Assembly: GCF_032444005.1 (NCBI RefSeq)
Contig: NC_091284.1
Location: 16,554,001 to 16,618,000 of the forward strand
Origin: Ranitomeya imitator
Taxonomy: Eukaryota
Reading direction: 5' to 3'
Length of the DNA stretch: 64,000 nucleotides
The notes beneath the pieces were generated by a model. The model did not search any database. It worked only from the letters and a program-made list of their open reading frames with translations, and was not told the origin of the DNA. Each line of letters begins with the position of its first letter. Positions within the stretch are counted from its first letter, which is position 1. Positions 35,751 through 48,900 of the stretch are shown in pieces. A program made the position numbers and the translations under genes.

Positions 35751-36551
35751 AATTGCTGTAAGGTTGGTGTTCCTCCATATATATAGCACCTGTATCACTG
35801 TATATAACACTTTACAGTCTACTTCCCTCCATAGTGTGACATACAGTCTGTATACAATCTGTGTCCTCATTATGATGTACTGGATAGGTTTCTGCTCCTC
35901 TACATAGTGTCCCTCTCTATAAAGGTACGTGGGTCTTTACGGCTGGGTAACGCCCGCTCTTGACATTAAATTTGTTTTCCAGAACAGGATTTGAATTTGC
36001 CACCAAAGAATAGAAGACAAAAAATCCACATCCTTTCTGGAGAAAAGGGAGCAGTAGCTGATGCCAGGACCCAGCCCAGAACATCTCCTTTCAGCCGCCG
36101 CCATCCACAGCTGCACCATCTGCTGCCAATTATCTTAACCCTCTGACTGCTAGCCACAATGAGACATCTCCGGCTCCGCACCGTACTGTATGTTACAGGA
36201 GCAGTGCAGGAAATGTCTATTCAAACCAGTGAGGTCTATGATCAGGAGACATCGGGATCAGGCAGGACTTCAGATTCTACCAGTCTGGGCAACATCCACC
36301 ACCGATCATGGGATCTCAGACCATTAAGGTTCCAGGCGCGAAACACAAGAATCCAATGAAACTGTTCCAAAATATTCTAACATTGTTGCGGGAAGATCTC
36401 ATATATCAGGCGCCTCGGGCTGAACTGTAGGATATTCATATTTACACATCGGTGTTGTGCCCATGAGCCTGGGTGGGCACTTCATCTCAGGGGGTGTCTT
36501 TCACTTTAGGATGGCAGCATATTAGACGGTAGGTTGGTGAACCCTATTATA

Positions 36552-37487
36552 CAACCCCTGGCAAAAATGATGGAATCACCGGCCTGGGAGGATGTTCATT
36601 CAGTTGTTTAATTTTGTCGAAATAAAGCAGATCACAGACATGGCACAAAACTAAAGTCATTCCAAATGGCAACTTTCTGGCTTTAAGAAACACTAAAAGA
36701 AATCAAGAACAAACAATGTGGTCGTCAGTAATGGTTACTTTTTGTAACCAAGCATAGGGGAAAAAATTATGGAATCACTCAATTCCGAGGAAAAAAATAT
36801 GGAATCATGAAAAACAAACAAAAAACCCTCCAACACATCACTAGTATTTTGTTGCACCACCTCTGGCTTTTATTACAGCTTGCAGTCTCTGAGGCCTGGA
36901 CTTAATGAGGGTCACACAGGACTCTTCATCAATCTGCCTCCAACCTTCTCTGATTGCTGTGGCCAGATCAGCTTTGCCGGTTGGCGCCTCGTCATCGACC
37001 ATTTCCTTCAACTTCCAAAGATTTTCATTTGGATTGAGATCCGGACTATTTGCAAGCCATGACATTGACCTTATGTGTCTTTTTTCAAGGAATGTTTGCA
37101 CAGTTTTTGCTCTATGGCAGGATGCATCATCATCTTGAAAAATGATTTCATCATCCCCAAACATCCTTTTAATTGATGGGATAAGAAAAGTGTCCAAATT
37201 ATCAACATAACCTTGTGCATTTATTGAGGATGTAATGACAGCCGTCTCCCCAGTGCCTTTACCTGACATGCAGCCCCATATCATCAATGACTGGAAATTT
37301 GCATGTTCTCTTCAGGCAGTCATCTTTATAAATCTCATTGGAACGGCACCAAACAAAAGTTCCAGCATCATCACCTTGCCCAATGCAGATCCGCGATTCA
37401 TCACTGAATATGACTTTCATACAGTCACCACAGTCCACGATTGCGTTTGCTTAGCCCATTGTAACCTTGTTTTTTTCTGTTTAGGTG
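36552..37487 (-). mobile_element. Tc1 3' half (degraded transposase plus one IR/DR end)
   Basis: TA-CAACCCCTGGCAAAAATGATGGAATCA end, with inner repeats AAAAATTATGGAATCA at ~36762 and ~36790. ORF 36841-37287 contains IWGCM, FQDDDASCH, NSPDLNPNE and KARGGATKY. Confidence 0.9.
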
Positions 37488-37570
37488 TTAAAGGGAACCT
37501 TTCACCCCCAAAATGGAAGGTGAGCTAAGCCCACCAGCATCAGGGGATTATCTACAGCATTCTGTAATGT
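37488..37570. mobile_element. T2 MITE end fragment truncating the Tc1
   Basis: TTAAAGGGAACCTTTCACC terminus, related to the other T2 ends in this window. Confidence 0.55.
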
Positions 37571-38239
37571 TTTCGTGTTTTGCTACCTCATAACCTGGAA
37601 TTTCACAGTTTTTTTAACTATTCAACCCCTTCCCCCCTCCCCCCCCAACAAAGTCAGTACTGTGCAGAGCCTCCATTTGCAGCAACTGCAGCTGCTTTGG
37701 ATAAGTCCCTATGACTATAAGCTTTCCACATCTTGCCACTAGGATTTCCGCCCATTCCTCAAGGCAAATGAACAGCAATTATCAAGTCTGACCACAGATT
37801 CTCCATTGGATAAAGGTCTGGGCTTTGACTAGGCCCCTTCAAAACATTTACACGTTTCCCCTTAAACCACTCGAGTGTTGTTTAAGCAGTATGCTTTGGG
37901 TCATTGTGTTGTTGGAAGATGAATATCCATCCCAGTCTCAAATCACTGACAGACTGAAAAAAAGCTTTGCTCAAGAATATCCCTATATTTCACACGGTCT
38001 TCCTTCCCCTAGACTTGGACCATTTTGCCTGAACCTGCTGCTGAAAAACATCCCAGCAGCATGATGCGGCCACCACCATGTTTCACTGTAGGGATTGTGT
38101 TCTTGGGGCGATGAGCTGTGTTGGTTTGGCACCAGACATAGCGTTTACCTTGGTGGCCAAAAAGTTCAATTTTGGTCTCGTCTGACCACAGCATCTTCCT
38201 CCATACATTTGGGAAGTCTTTTGGCAAATTCTAAAAGAG

Positions 38240-38850
38240 AGCTAACAACTTAACCCTATACTACTTAAAGATTAATCAGATAAAATTGAACTTTTAAAAA
38301 ATTCCTCTAAAAAATGCTGTTAGGCAGGAGTTCAATCAGCAGGGAACAGTATAGCGAGGTACTTGTCAATTCTTTTGCACATGTCACTTTATCAGTGTGC
38401 TATTGTTCACCGTTTTTGCACATATTTTATTATTGCCATCTACCTTTATTATTAATCCTTATATGGCATTCCCCGTCTGCTCCTTTCTAGTGATGAGCGA
38501 ATATACTCGTTACTCGAGATTTCTCGAGCACGCTCGGGTGACCTCCGAGTATTTTTTAGTGCTCGGAGTTTGTTTTTAGCGCCGCAGCTGAATGATTTAC
38601 ATCAGTTAGCCAGCATAAATACATGTGGGGGTTGCCTGGTTGCTGACAGGTAGGCGTTGGATGCAGGGAAATTGGTGCAGGGTGAACACAGCCAGCACGG
38701 TTGCTGGTATGGTGATGGATGGTTAAATTTTTTTAGAGGAATTTATTAAAAGTTAAATTTTATCTGATTAATCTTTAAGTAGTATAGGGTTAAATTGTTA
38801 GCTTTCTTGATTCATTGACCTTATTAGATTATTGTTACAGTAATTTTTCC
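38240..38850. mobile_element. Insertion with ~80-bp inverted arms and a 13-bp TSD (Penelope-like remnant)
   Basis: Arms at ~38236-38313 and ~38727-38806 are near-perfect reverse complements. AATTCTAAAAGAG is duplicated at 38227-39 and 38851-63. Removal rejoins the Tc1 coding sequence. Confidence 0.6.
38489..38645. mobile_element. MITE end fragment (TAGTGATGAGCGAATATACTCG...) nested in the inverted-repeat insertion
   Basis: Self-complementary TACTCG...CTCGAG...CGAGCA/CGAGTA blocks, typical of MITE termini. Only one end is visible. Confidence 0.5.
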
Positions 38851-39209
38851 AATTCTAAAAGAGCCTTACAATTGTGTGCAAGTAAAGGTTTTCTTCCACC
38901 CACTCTTCCATAAAGGCCACCTCTAGGAGTGTACGGCTTATTGCATTGGTATAGACAGATACTCCAGTCTCTGCTTGGGAACTCTCCCACTCCTTCAGGG
39001 TTACCTTTGGTCTCCGTGCTACCTCTCTGATTAATGCCCTTCTTGCTCGGGCTGAGAGTTATGGTGGGCGCCCTCTCTTGACATGGTGCCATGTTCTTTC
39101 CATTTGATGATAATGGTTTTGATGTTGCTCCAGGGGATCATCAGAGATTGGGAGATTTTGTGATAACGCAACCCTGACTTGTACTTCTCAGCAACTTTGT
39201 CCCTGGCTT

Positions 39210-39772
39210 GTTTGGAGATCTCCTTGGTCCTCATGGTGTTTTTTTGGAGATCTCCTTGGTCTTCATGGTGTTGTTTGGAAATCTCCTTGGTGTTCATGGT
39301 GATGTTTGGAGATCTCCTTGGTCTTCATGGTGTGGTTTGGAAATCTCCTTGGTCTTAATTGTGCTCTTTGGAGATCTCCTTGGTCTTCATGGTGGTGTTT
39401 GGAGATCTCCTTGGTCTTCATGGTGTTGTTTGGAAATCTCCTAGGTCTTAATGGTGTTGTTTGGAGATGTCCTTGGTCTTCATGGTGGTGTTTGGAGATC
39501 TCCTTGGTCTTCATGGTGTTGATTGGAGATCTCCTTTGTCTTCATGGTGGTGTTTGGAGATCTCCTTGGTCTTCATGGTGTTGATTGGAGATCTCCTTTG
39601 TCTTCATGGTATTGATTGGAGATCTCCTTTGTCTTCATGGTGTTGATTGGAGATCTCCTTTGTCTTCATGGTGTTGATTGGAGATCTCCTTTGTCTTCAT
39701 GGTGGTGTTTGGAGATCTTCTTGGTCTTCATGGTAGTGTTTGGAGATCTTCTTGTTCTTCATGGTGGTGTTT
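39210..39772 (-). repeat. 31-34-bp tandem repeat of the Tc1 translation start (AACACCATGAAGACCAAGGAGATCTCCAAAC), ~17 copies
   Basis: Each unit encodes MKTKEISK, and the last unit runs into QARDKVAEKYKSG of the transposase. Confidence 0.92.
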
Positions 39773-40597
39773 GGTTAGTGGTGCCTCTTGTTAATGGTGT
39801 TGCAGCCTCTTTTGCCTTTCAGAAAAGATAAAGAGTATATACTGACAGACATATGACACTTAGATTGCACACAAGTGGACATCCTGTCACCAAGTATGGG
39901 ACTTATGAAGGGAATTGCTTGCACCAGAAATGTTTAGAGGCTTCATAGCAAAAGGGGTGAATACATATGCACATGACAAATTTTAGTTATTTGATCACAT
40001 AAATTTAATTTATGCCTATGTTTCTCACGTCACTTCACCAACTTAGACTATTTAATTCTGATGAATCACACACAAATCAAATTACGAAAAAATTTAAACA
40101 CAGGTTGCAATGTGAAAAAAAAACAGATAAAAAGCCAAGGGAGTTGAATACGTTTGCAAGCCACTGTAAGGAAACAAGAACGTTTCCTTATTCTTACAGC
40201 ACATAGAGATCTTGAAAATAATCAGGAACTGAAGCACTATGTTGCAGGGCTTTTCTCATACCATATACTATAGTATCAGGGCCGGGCACTTCTCAGCTGT
40301 GCACTGTATTTAACAGTTTCATGGTAACAGCCAGAGAAGCATAAAAGGAAAAAAAAAAATCACAATTACTACTGTAGATCCACAGCAGATTTACCCAAGA
40401 GATACATATGCTCAGCGCATCTCCTCTGGACTGACACAGGCAATTATAGCACTCAATACATTTTAACTTATAATGATACTGCAAATTAAGATATATCAGG
40501 ATGGCAGGGGAAGGTAAAAGCTGTGACACGGAGGAGGATCGGGAGCAAAGCCAGGCGCTCAGCAAGGAGGGAACAAAGGGAAAATAGAGGGGTACTA

Positions 40598-42694
40598 CTG
40601 TAGGGTAGTACTGTGCAGTGATGGCTATCTGTAGAGTAGTAGTACTGTGCAGTGATGGCTATCTGTAGAGTAGTAGTACAGTGTAGTGATGGCTATCTGT
40701 AGAGTAGTAGTACAGTGCAGTGATGGCTATCTGTAGAGTAGTAGTACAGTGCAGTGATGGCTATCTGTAGAGTAGTAGTACTGTGCAGTGATGGCTATCT
40801 GTAGGGTAGTAGTACTGGGCAGTGATGGCTATCTGTAGAGTAGTAGTATTGGGCAGTGATGGCTATCTGTAGAGTAACAGTACTGTGCAATGATGGCTAT
40901 CTGTAGAGTAGTAGTACTGTGCAGTGATGGCTATCTGTAGAGTAGTAGTACTGTGCAGTGATGGCTATCTGTAGAGTAGTAGTACAGTGTAGTGATGGCT
41001 ATCTGTAGAGTAGTAGTACAGTGCAGTGATGGCTATCTGTAGAGTAGTAGTACAGTGCAGTGATGGCTATCTGTAGAGTAGTAGTACAGTGCAGTGATGG
41101 CTATCTGTAGAGTAGTAGTACTGTGCAGTGATGGCTATCTGTAGAGTAGTAGTACTGGGCAGTGATGGCTATCTGTAGAGTAGTAGTATTGGGCAGTGAT
41201 GGCTATCTGTAGAGTAACAGTACTGTGCAATGATGGCTATCTGTAGAGTAGCAGTACTGTGCAATGATGGCTATCTGTAGAGTAGTAGTACTGTGCAGTG
41301 ATGGCTATCTGTAGAGTAGCAGTACAGTGCAGTGATGGCTATCTGTAGAGTAGTAGTATTGGGCAGTGATGGCTATCTGTAGAGTAACAGTACTGTGCAA
41401 TGATGGCTATCTGTAGAGTAGTAGTACAGTGTAGTGATGGCTATCTGTAGAGTAGTAGTACTGGGCAGTGATGGCTATCTGTAGAGTAGTAGTACAGTGC
41501 AGTGATGGCTATCTGTAGAGTAGTAGTACTGGGCAGTGATGGCTATCTGTAGAGAAGTAGTACTGGGCAGTGATGGCTATCTGTAGAGTAGTAGTACTGG
41601 GCAGTGATGGCTATCTGTAGAGTAGTAGTACAGTGCAGTGATGGCTATCTGTAGAGTAGTAGTACAGTGCAGTGATGGCTATCTGTAGAGTAGTAGTACT
41701 GGGCAGTGATGGCTATCTGTAGAGTAGTAGTACTGGGCAGTGATGGCTATCTGTAGAGTAGTAGTACTGGGCAGTGATGCCTATCTGTATAGAAGTAGTA
41801 CTGTGTAGTGATGGCTATCTGTAGAGTAGTAGTACAGTGCAGTGATGGCTATCTGTAGAGTAGTAGTACTGTGCAGTGATGGCTATCTGTAGAGTAGTAC
41901 TACAGTGCAGTGATGGCTATCTGTAGAGTAGTAGTACTGGGCAGTGATGGCTATCTGTAGAGTAGCAGTACAGTGCAGTGATGGCTATCTGTAGAGTAGT
42001 AGTACAGTGCAGTGATGGCTATCTGTAGAGCAGTAGTACTGGGCAGTGATGGCTATCTGTAGAGTAGTAGTACTGGGCAGTGATGGCTATCTGTAGAGTA
42101 GTAGTACAGTGCAGTGATGGCTATCTGTAGAGTAGTAGTACTGGGCAGTGATGGCTATCTGTAGAGTAGTAGTACTGGGCAGTGATGGCTATCTGTAGAG
42201 TAGTAGTACTGGGCAGTGATGCCTATCTGTAGAGAAGTAGTACTGTGTAGTGATGGCTATCTGTAGAGTAGTAGTACAGTGCAGTGATGGCTATCTGTAG
42301 AGTAGTAGTACTGTGCAGTGATGGCTATCTGTAGAGTAGTACTACAGTGCAGTGATGGCTATCTGTAGAGTAGTAGTACTGGGCAGTGATGGCTATCTGT
42401 AGAGTAGCAGTACAGTGCAGTGATGGCTATCTGTAGAGTAGTAGTACAGTGCAGTGATGGCTATCTGTAGAGTAGTAGTACTGGGCAGTGATGGCTATCT
42501 GTAGAGTAGTAGTACTGGGCAGTGATGCCTATCTGTAGAGTAGTAGTACTGTGTAGTGATGGCTATCTGTAGAGTAGTAGTACTGTGCAGTGATGGCTAT
42601 CTGTAGAGTAGTAGTACTGTGCAGTGATGGCTATCTGTAGAGTAGTAGTACTGTGCAGTGATGGCTATCTGTAGAGTAATGGTACTAGGCAGTG
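40598..42694. repeat. 34-bp minisatellite (GTAGTACTGTGCAGTGATGGCTATCTGTAGAGTA)n, ~61 copies
   Basis: Direct periodicity. No ORFs are listed in the track for this region. Confidence 0.97.
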
Positions 42695-44355
42695 TTGGGG
42701 AAGGCTTTATTTAAAGGGCAAGTACAAATATTTAAAGGTGAAGTGTAATTTAGGAACTGAAATAAACACAATGAATTGATCTGTTTCTGCAGGGAAACAT
42801 CAGCAGCTTGTTGAAGGGCTGCCTACTGTAACTTGGCAGATTCGGCTGTATTCATCACGCACCTGCTGAGCGTTGGGCAGGAGATTACAGCTCGGTTTGG
42901 GGATCACAGTCTTCAGGAGTTACTCCAGGACAAGAGCTGGTAAGGAATGATTACAGGGATCCTCCATCTACACATTAGGACAATTCCGATGCCCTGTCCC
43001 AACCTGTCGTAGGGATATTGTGGGAAGTGATAGAGCATAGCCCGCAGTGCTACATATATGTCTTCTAGAGAAAGTTGGCAACACTTTCTAAAACTGGATT
43101 TTAAAATGGTAACTAACTGGCTCGTCCAGGCCTTGAGGAACAAGAACAGCCAGTTCTGCTTTTACTCAGCACATTCCAGGGCTCTTGGACGCAGCTGCAC
43201 TCATCATTTCCTTAACTCCTTTATTAAGGCAGCTAGCAACAAGTTGACTATGAGATGTGCTCGGAGAACGGCTCCGAACACCTCTCTGTCCCGTCACTCT
43301 TTCTGTTTTGGGATAGGAAACTGTTAATTGTGTGACTCAGCTGTAAAAATTACGCATTGTTCCTTGTCCTCACCGCCAAAGACATTCCAAAACCGGAGCA
43401 CATTATAATCATTATGGTCAGAGATTGTCAAGGTCTAACGGAGGTCAAGCCAAAAAACCAAAAGGTTGACTGGTGACTCATTTCCGACAACCTAAACATG
43501 TTACCAAAAAATTCCAGCTGATGAACGAATAGCTCTCTCCCAATAATCTCTACAGGCTCTCTATATATTCCTAAACCTACAGAAGGGGATATGGCTGCTC
43601 TTTGTATCATCATTCTGCTAGATGCCACCACAGAGTAAGCCAAGAATTAGCCTTCTGAAAACACCACATCTCTACGTCAACGCTTCTCTATCAGAAGGGC
43701 TCTTACCTACCAGGTTACATTGATGCTAAACTGGTTATTGTTGTCATGCCCCTTTTTTCCAATGATATGCAATTCACAGTCAATATTCGAACTGCCACCA
43801 TCCCAACTACTCACTTCTGGCTGGGTGTGAAGATGTTGGAGGCACCAATGACCAAAGCCAACTGTGTCCAGATGATTGAGCTCCAACGATTAAACAACGA
43901 TTGGTCAAAAGGCCCCCAGATACATTAGAGTTGTCTGAATCCACTGATTGGTCAAAATGTACGCCTCTAAGCCAACAGATGATGTTGGGGTAAAGAAGGA
44001 TCTGGCAAGTCTGATTTCTGACGGCCAATCTTTTGGTTCCCTGGCAGACACGCCACCACTAAAGGAGTCTGGCCGCAGCTCTCTCACAGAGAACACAAGC
44101 TTTTGTGTATTGAGGGAAATAGTGGTTGGTTGAATGTGTGGGGGCCTAAATATAAAATCAACAGACTTGTCCAATTAATGCATATGTCTGCCTGACACTG
44201 AGCCGTTCATTTATCTATTGAAGTCATGGAACCAGTTCTACCTTTGGTACCAACTTGGGGTTCACAACGCTAAAACTTTTTTTGGTGGGGCTACAAAAAA
44301 GGGACTCATTGTAGGGGTCTTAATAATATGTTTGCTTTATAGTATGGGCCGTTAA

Positions 44356-44669
44356 CTAGGATGTCCAACCCTGGTAAAATCTTCGGCAAGCCGCTTGCCA
44401 AACACTAACGATGTGTAATGCACACACTGTTAGGATTCAACTTGACTAGCTGGTTCCAGCGGTAGTCATGTGGCCACAAGTGGGCGATTTGCATACTTGC
44501 GCTCACATGTCGCCTACAGTTTATTGCGAGATGCGGCCAATAGTCTAGTCGGCGTGTGAATCTTTAGTATGTGAATTGTGCATCTGTGCTCACGTGACGA
44601 TCGCTGGAACCATTAAGTAGAAGTGAATCCAAACGCTTGCCAAAGATTTCGCCAGGGGTGGATAACCCT
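44356..44669. mobile_element. T2-type fold-back MITE
   Basis: TTAA flanks at 44352-55 and 44670-73. Imperfect ~40-bp TIRs (CCCTGG(T/C)(A/G)AAATCTT(C/T)GGCAAGC) plus an inner inverted pair (TGGTTCCAGCG / CGCTGGAACCA). Confidence 0.7.
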
Positions 44670-45991
44670 TTAAAATGAGAAAAATTATGTGGACATTTAA
44701 GATGTTTATATTTTTTCCCATAACTTATTTTGTATTGGGTAAAAAAGTATCTTTTTTTTAGTTTAGTTTAGTTTTTTGTAATTGAGATCAGATCCTGCAA
44801 TCACTTGATCACAAAATACAGAATGATATTGTGTTGCAGTCTTCATCTTGAGGGGTTCTCTTATCTTCATCTTCAGGAGCGCCGCTGCTCCTCTGCCTCC
44901 CGGGGTGTGGCGCTTCCCTGATAAGTGACAGTTCAGACCAGTATCTGGACCAAACTGTGCACTTTCTTTCAGATGCTGCAAGAGGCGGCTGCAAATATAA
45001 AGCTCAGTAGCAAAGAACTTGCAAGTGTTGAGCTCCTTCCCTAGGAAAGTGACCGCATCTGACTCAATGCAACGGTTGCCGGTAATCTTGGCAACAAACC
45101 GTAAACTGTGAAATTCTTGAGACCAAAGAGAATTTCTAATGACAAAGTAAATTGCAAAGTTGCTTGTTTTTGCAAGCACTTTGCAATTACAAACATCATT
45201 AACGAAAATCAGACAATCACTTTTAACTATGATGCTAGGGTAGTATGCATGGTGCTGAATTGTGTTGCTTTCAGCCATAGGCTCCCTATGTGCTGGGGTT
45301 TAGCGTTTCTGTAGGGTGCAACATTAGGGAAGTATTGTGCCCTAGCTGTAATACTTCTGGTGGACGTTTCTTTTATAATTCTCGACTGGATGAGAAATCC
45401 GGCACATAAGAAAATCCTCCATATGAAACTGCAGGTATACAGAGGTAATCTCAGGTCCCATGGGCTGTGCAGAGCTGTAATATGGCATGAGTATATACCC
45501 TATGTATACTTTTCTGATAGGAATGCTATCTGCCTTTCTTCCTGGGATCCATGGGTGTTTTTGACATGACGAGGGAACAAGAATCTGTGCTCCGTTGGTC
45601 ATCCCATAACATGATGGAAACATGTTATACAATTTGGATGGACAATTAACCATAATGCATCACTTTACAAAACTCCTAATAAAAGAAAATTAAAGAAAAA
45701 ACAATTCTCACATTGCTACTGAGTCTATCACCCTCCAAATTACTACTTTCTTAATTCAACTAGTCTGTCACGTTTCCAAATTTTGCATTCTCCTTTATAG
45801 ACCAATTAGGAGAAAATCCTCACCACGGTGCTTCTCAGGACAAACGTAGAATATTGTTGTAAGATGCTAAATAAATCGTTATGTCACGGTGTGGAAATGA
45901 ATCGCTCGGTGAGCGGGAGACAAAAAAAGGTGTTGCTGGATATCATGGAGGTAGGAGAAATCCAGGGCTGAATGTGGAAGTGTTGATGCGA

Positions 45992-48900
45992 GAGGCAACG
46001 AGGAGCTGAGTGTGGAGCGAGGCAATGAGAAACTGGGTTTGGAGCGAGGTACTGAGGAGCTGGGTGTGGAACAAAGCAGGGAGGAGCTGGGTGAGGAGCG
46101 AGGCAACAAGGAGCTGGGTGCGGAGCGAGGCAACGAGGAGCTGGGTGTGGAGCAAGGCAATAAGAAGCTGGGTGTGGATGGAGGCAACGAGGAGCTGGGT
46201 GTAGAGCGAGGCACTGAGGAGCTGGGTGTGGAACAAAGCAAGGAGGAGCTGGGTATGGAGCGAGGCAACAAGGAGCTGGGTGCGGAGCGAGGCAACGAGG
46301 AGCTGGGTGTGGAGCAAGGCAATGAGGAGCTGAGTGTGGATGGAGGCAACGAGGAGCTGGGTGTGGAGCGAGGCAACGAGGAGCTGGGTGCGGAGCGAGG
46401 CAATGAGAAACTGGGTGTGGAGTGAGGCACTGAGGAGCTGGGTGTGGAACAAAGCAAGGAGGAGCTGGGTATGGAGCGAGGCAATGAGGAGCTGGGTGTG
46501 GAGCGAGGCAACGAGGAGCTGGGTGTGGAACGAGGCAATAAGAAGCTGGGTGTGGAGCGAGGCAACGAGAAGCTGGGTGTGGAGCAAGGCAACGAGGAGC
46601 TGGGTGTGGAGCAAAGCAACGAGGAGCTGGGTGCGGAGCGAGGCAATGAGAAACTGGGTGTGGAGTGAGGCACTGAGGAGCTCGGTGTGGAACAAAGCAA
46701 GGAGGAGCTGGGTATGGAGCGAGGCAATGAGGAGCTGGGTATGGAGTGAGGCAACGAGGAGCTGGGTGTGGAACGAGGCAAAGAGGAACTGGGTGTGGAG
46801 CAAGGCAATGAGGAGCTGGGTGTGGAGCGAGGCAATGAGGAGCTGGGTGTGGAGCAAGGCAACGAGGAGCTGGGTGTGGAGCGAGGCAATGAGAAACTGG
46901 GTTTGGAACGAGGCACTGAGGAGCTGGGTGTGGAACAAAGCAAGGAGGAGCTGGATATGGAGCGAGGCAACGAGGAGCTGGGTGCGGAGCGAGGCAATGA
47001 GGAGCTGAGTGCGGATGGAGGCAACGAGGAGCTGGGTGTGAAGCGAGGCAATGAGAAACTGGGTGTGGAGCGAGGCACTGAGGAGCTGGGCGTGGAACAA
47101 AGCAAGGAGGAGCTGGGTGTGGAGCGAGGCAACAAGGAGCTGGGTGTGGAGCGAGGCAACGAGGAGCTGGGTGTGGAGCGAAGCAATAAGAAGCTGGGTG
47201 TGGAGCGAGGCAATGAGGAGCTGGGTGCGGAGCGAGTCAACGAGGAGCTGGGTGTGGAACAAAGCAAGGAGGAGCTGGGTATGGAGCGAGGCAACGAGGA
47301 GCTGGGTGCGGAGCGAGGCAACGAGGAGCTGGGTGCGGAGCGAGGCAATGAGGAGCTGCGTGTGGATGGACGCAACGAGGAGCTGGGTGTGGAGCGAGGC
47401 AATGAGGAGCTGGGTGCGGAGCGAGGCAATGAGAAACTGGGTGTGGAGTGAGGCACTGAGGAGCTGGGTGTGGAACAAAGCAAGGAGGAGCTGGGTGTGG
47501 AGCGAGGCAATGTGGAGCTGGGTGTGGAGTGAGGCAACGAGGAGCTGGGTGTGGAGCGAGGCAATTAGAAGCGAGGTGTGGAGCGAGGCAACGAGCTGGG
47601 TGTGGAGCGAGGCAACGAGGATCTGGGTGTGGAGCGAGGCAATGAGAAACAGGGTTTGGAGCGAGGCACTGAGGAGCTGAGTGTGGAACAAAGCAAGGAG
47701 GAGCTGGGTATGGAGCGAGGCAACGAGGAGCTGGGTGCGGAGCGAGACAACGAGGAGCTGGGTGCGGAGCGAGGCAATGAGGAGCTGTGTGTGAATGGAG
47801 GCAACGAGGAGCTGGGTGTGGAGCGAGGCAATGAGAAACTGGGTGTGGAGCAAGGCACTGAGGAGCTGGGTGTGGAACAAAGCAAGGAGGAGCTGGGTGA
47901 GGAGCGAGGCAACAAGGAGCTGGGTGCGGAGCGAGGCAACGAGGAGCTGGGTGTGGAGCAAGGCAATAAGAAGCTGGGTGTGGATGGAGGCAACGAGGAG
48001 CTGGGTGTAGAGCGAGGCACTGAGGAGCTGGGTGTGGAACAAAGCTGGAGCTGGGTATGGAGCGAGGCAACAAGGAGCTGGGTGCGGAGCGAGGCAACGA
48101 GGAGCTGGGTGTGGAGCAAGGCAATGAGGAGCTGAGTGTGGATGGAGGCAACGAGGAGCTGGGTGTGGAGCGAGGCAACGAGGAGCTGGGTGCGGAGCGA
48201 GGCAGTGAGAAACTGGGTGTGGAGTGAGGCACTGAGGAGCTGGGTGTGGAACAAAGCAAGGAGGAGCTGGGTATGGAGCGAGGCAATGAGGAGCTGGGTG
48301 TGGAGCGAGGCAACGAGGAGCTGGGTGTGGAACGAGGCAATAAGAAGCTGGGTGTGGAGCGAGGCAACGAGGAGCTGGGTGTGGAGCGAGGCAACGAGGA
48401 GCTGGGTGTGGAGCAAGGCAACGAGGAGCTGGGTGCGGAGCGAGGCAATGAGAAACTGGGTGTGGAGTGAGGCACTGAGGAGCTCGGTGTGGAACAAAGC
48501 AAGGAGGAGCTGGGTATGGAGCGAGGCAATGAGGAGCTGGGTATGGAGCGAGGCAACGAGGAGCTGGGTGTGGAACGAGGCAATATGAAGCTGGGTGTGG
48601 AGCGAGGCAACGAGGAGCTGGGTGTGGAGCGAGGCAAAGAGGAGCTGGGTGTGGAGCAAGGCAACGAGGAGCTGGGTGTGGAGCGAGGCAATGAGAAACT
48701 GGGTTTGGAACGAGGCACTGAGGAGCTGGGTGTGGAACAAAGCAAGGAGAAGCTGGATATGGAGCGAGGCAACGAGGAGCTTGTGCGGAGCGAGGCAATG
48801 AGGAGCTGAGTGCGGATGGAGGCAACGAGGAGCTGGGTGTGGAGCGAGGCAATGAGAAACTGGGTGTGGAGCGAGGCACTGAGGAGCTGAGCGTGGAACA

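Larger units (their letters stand above)
37575..40166 (-). mobile_element. Degraded Tc1, expanded by an internal insertion and a tandem amplification of its start codon
   Basis: [16 protein letters not shown]...TVKHGGG (38009-38227), LYGRV.GRKPLL (~38870-38930) and RDKVAEKYKSGL (~39170-39210). End GAATACGTTTGCAAGCCACTG-TA at 40166-68. Confidence 0.88.

Noticed and set aside
42793-42939. Selenocysteine-containing exon (..AAC-TGA-RAAYC..)
   Set aside because: No known selenoprotein motif matches, and no SECIS or partner exons were identified.
44763-45278. 171-aa minus-strand ORF
   Set aside because: No recognisable domain or splice context; its length is compatible with chance.
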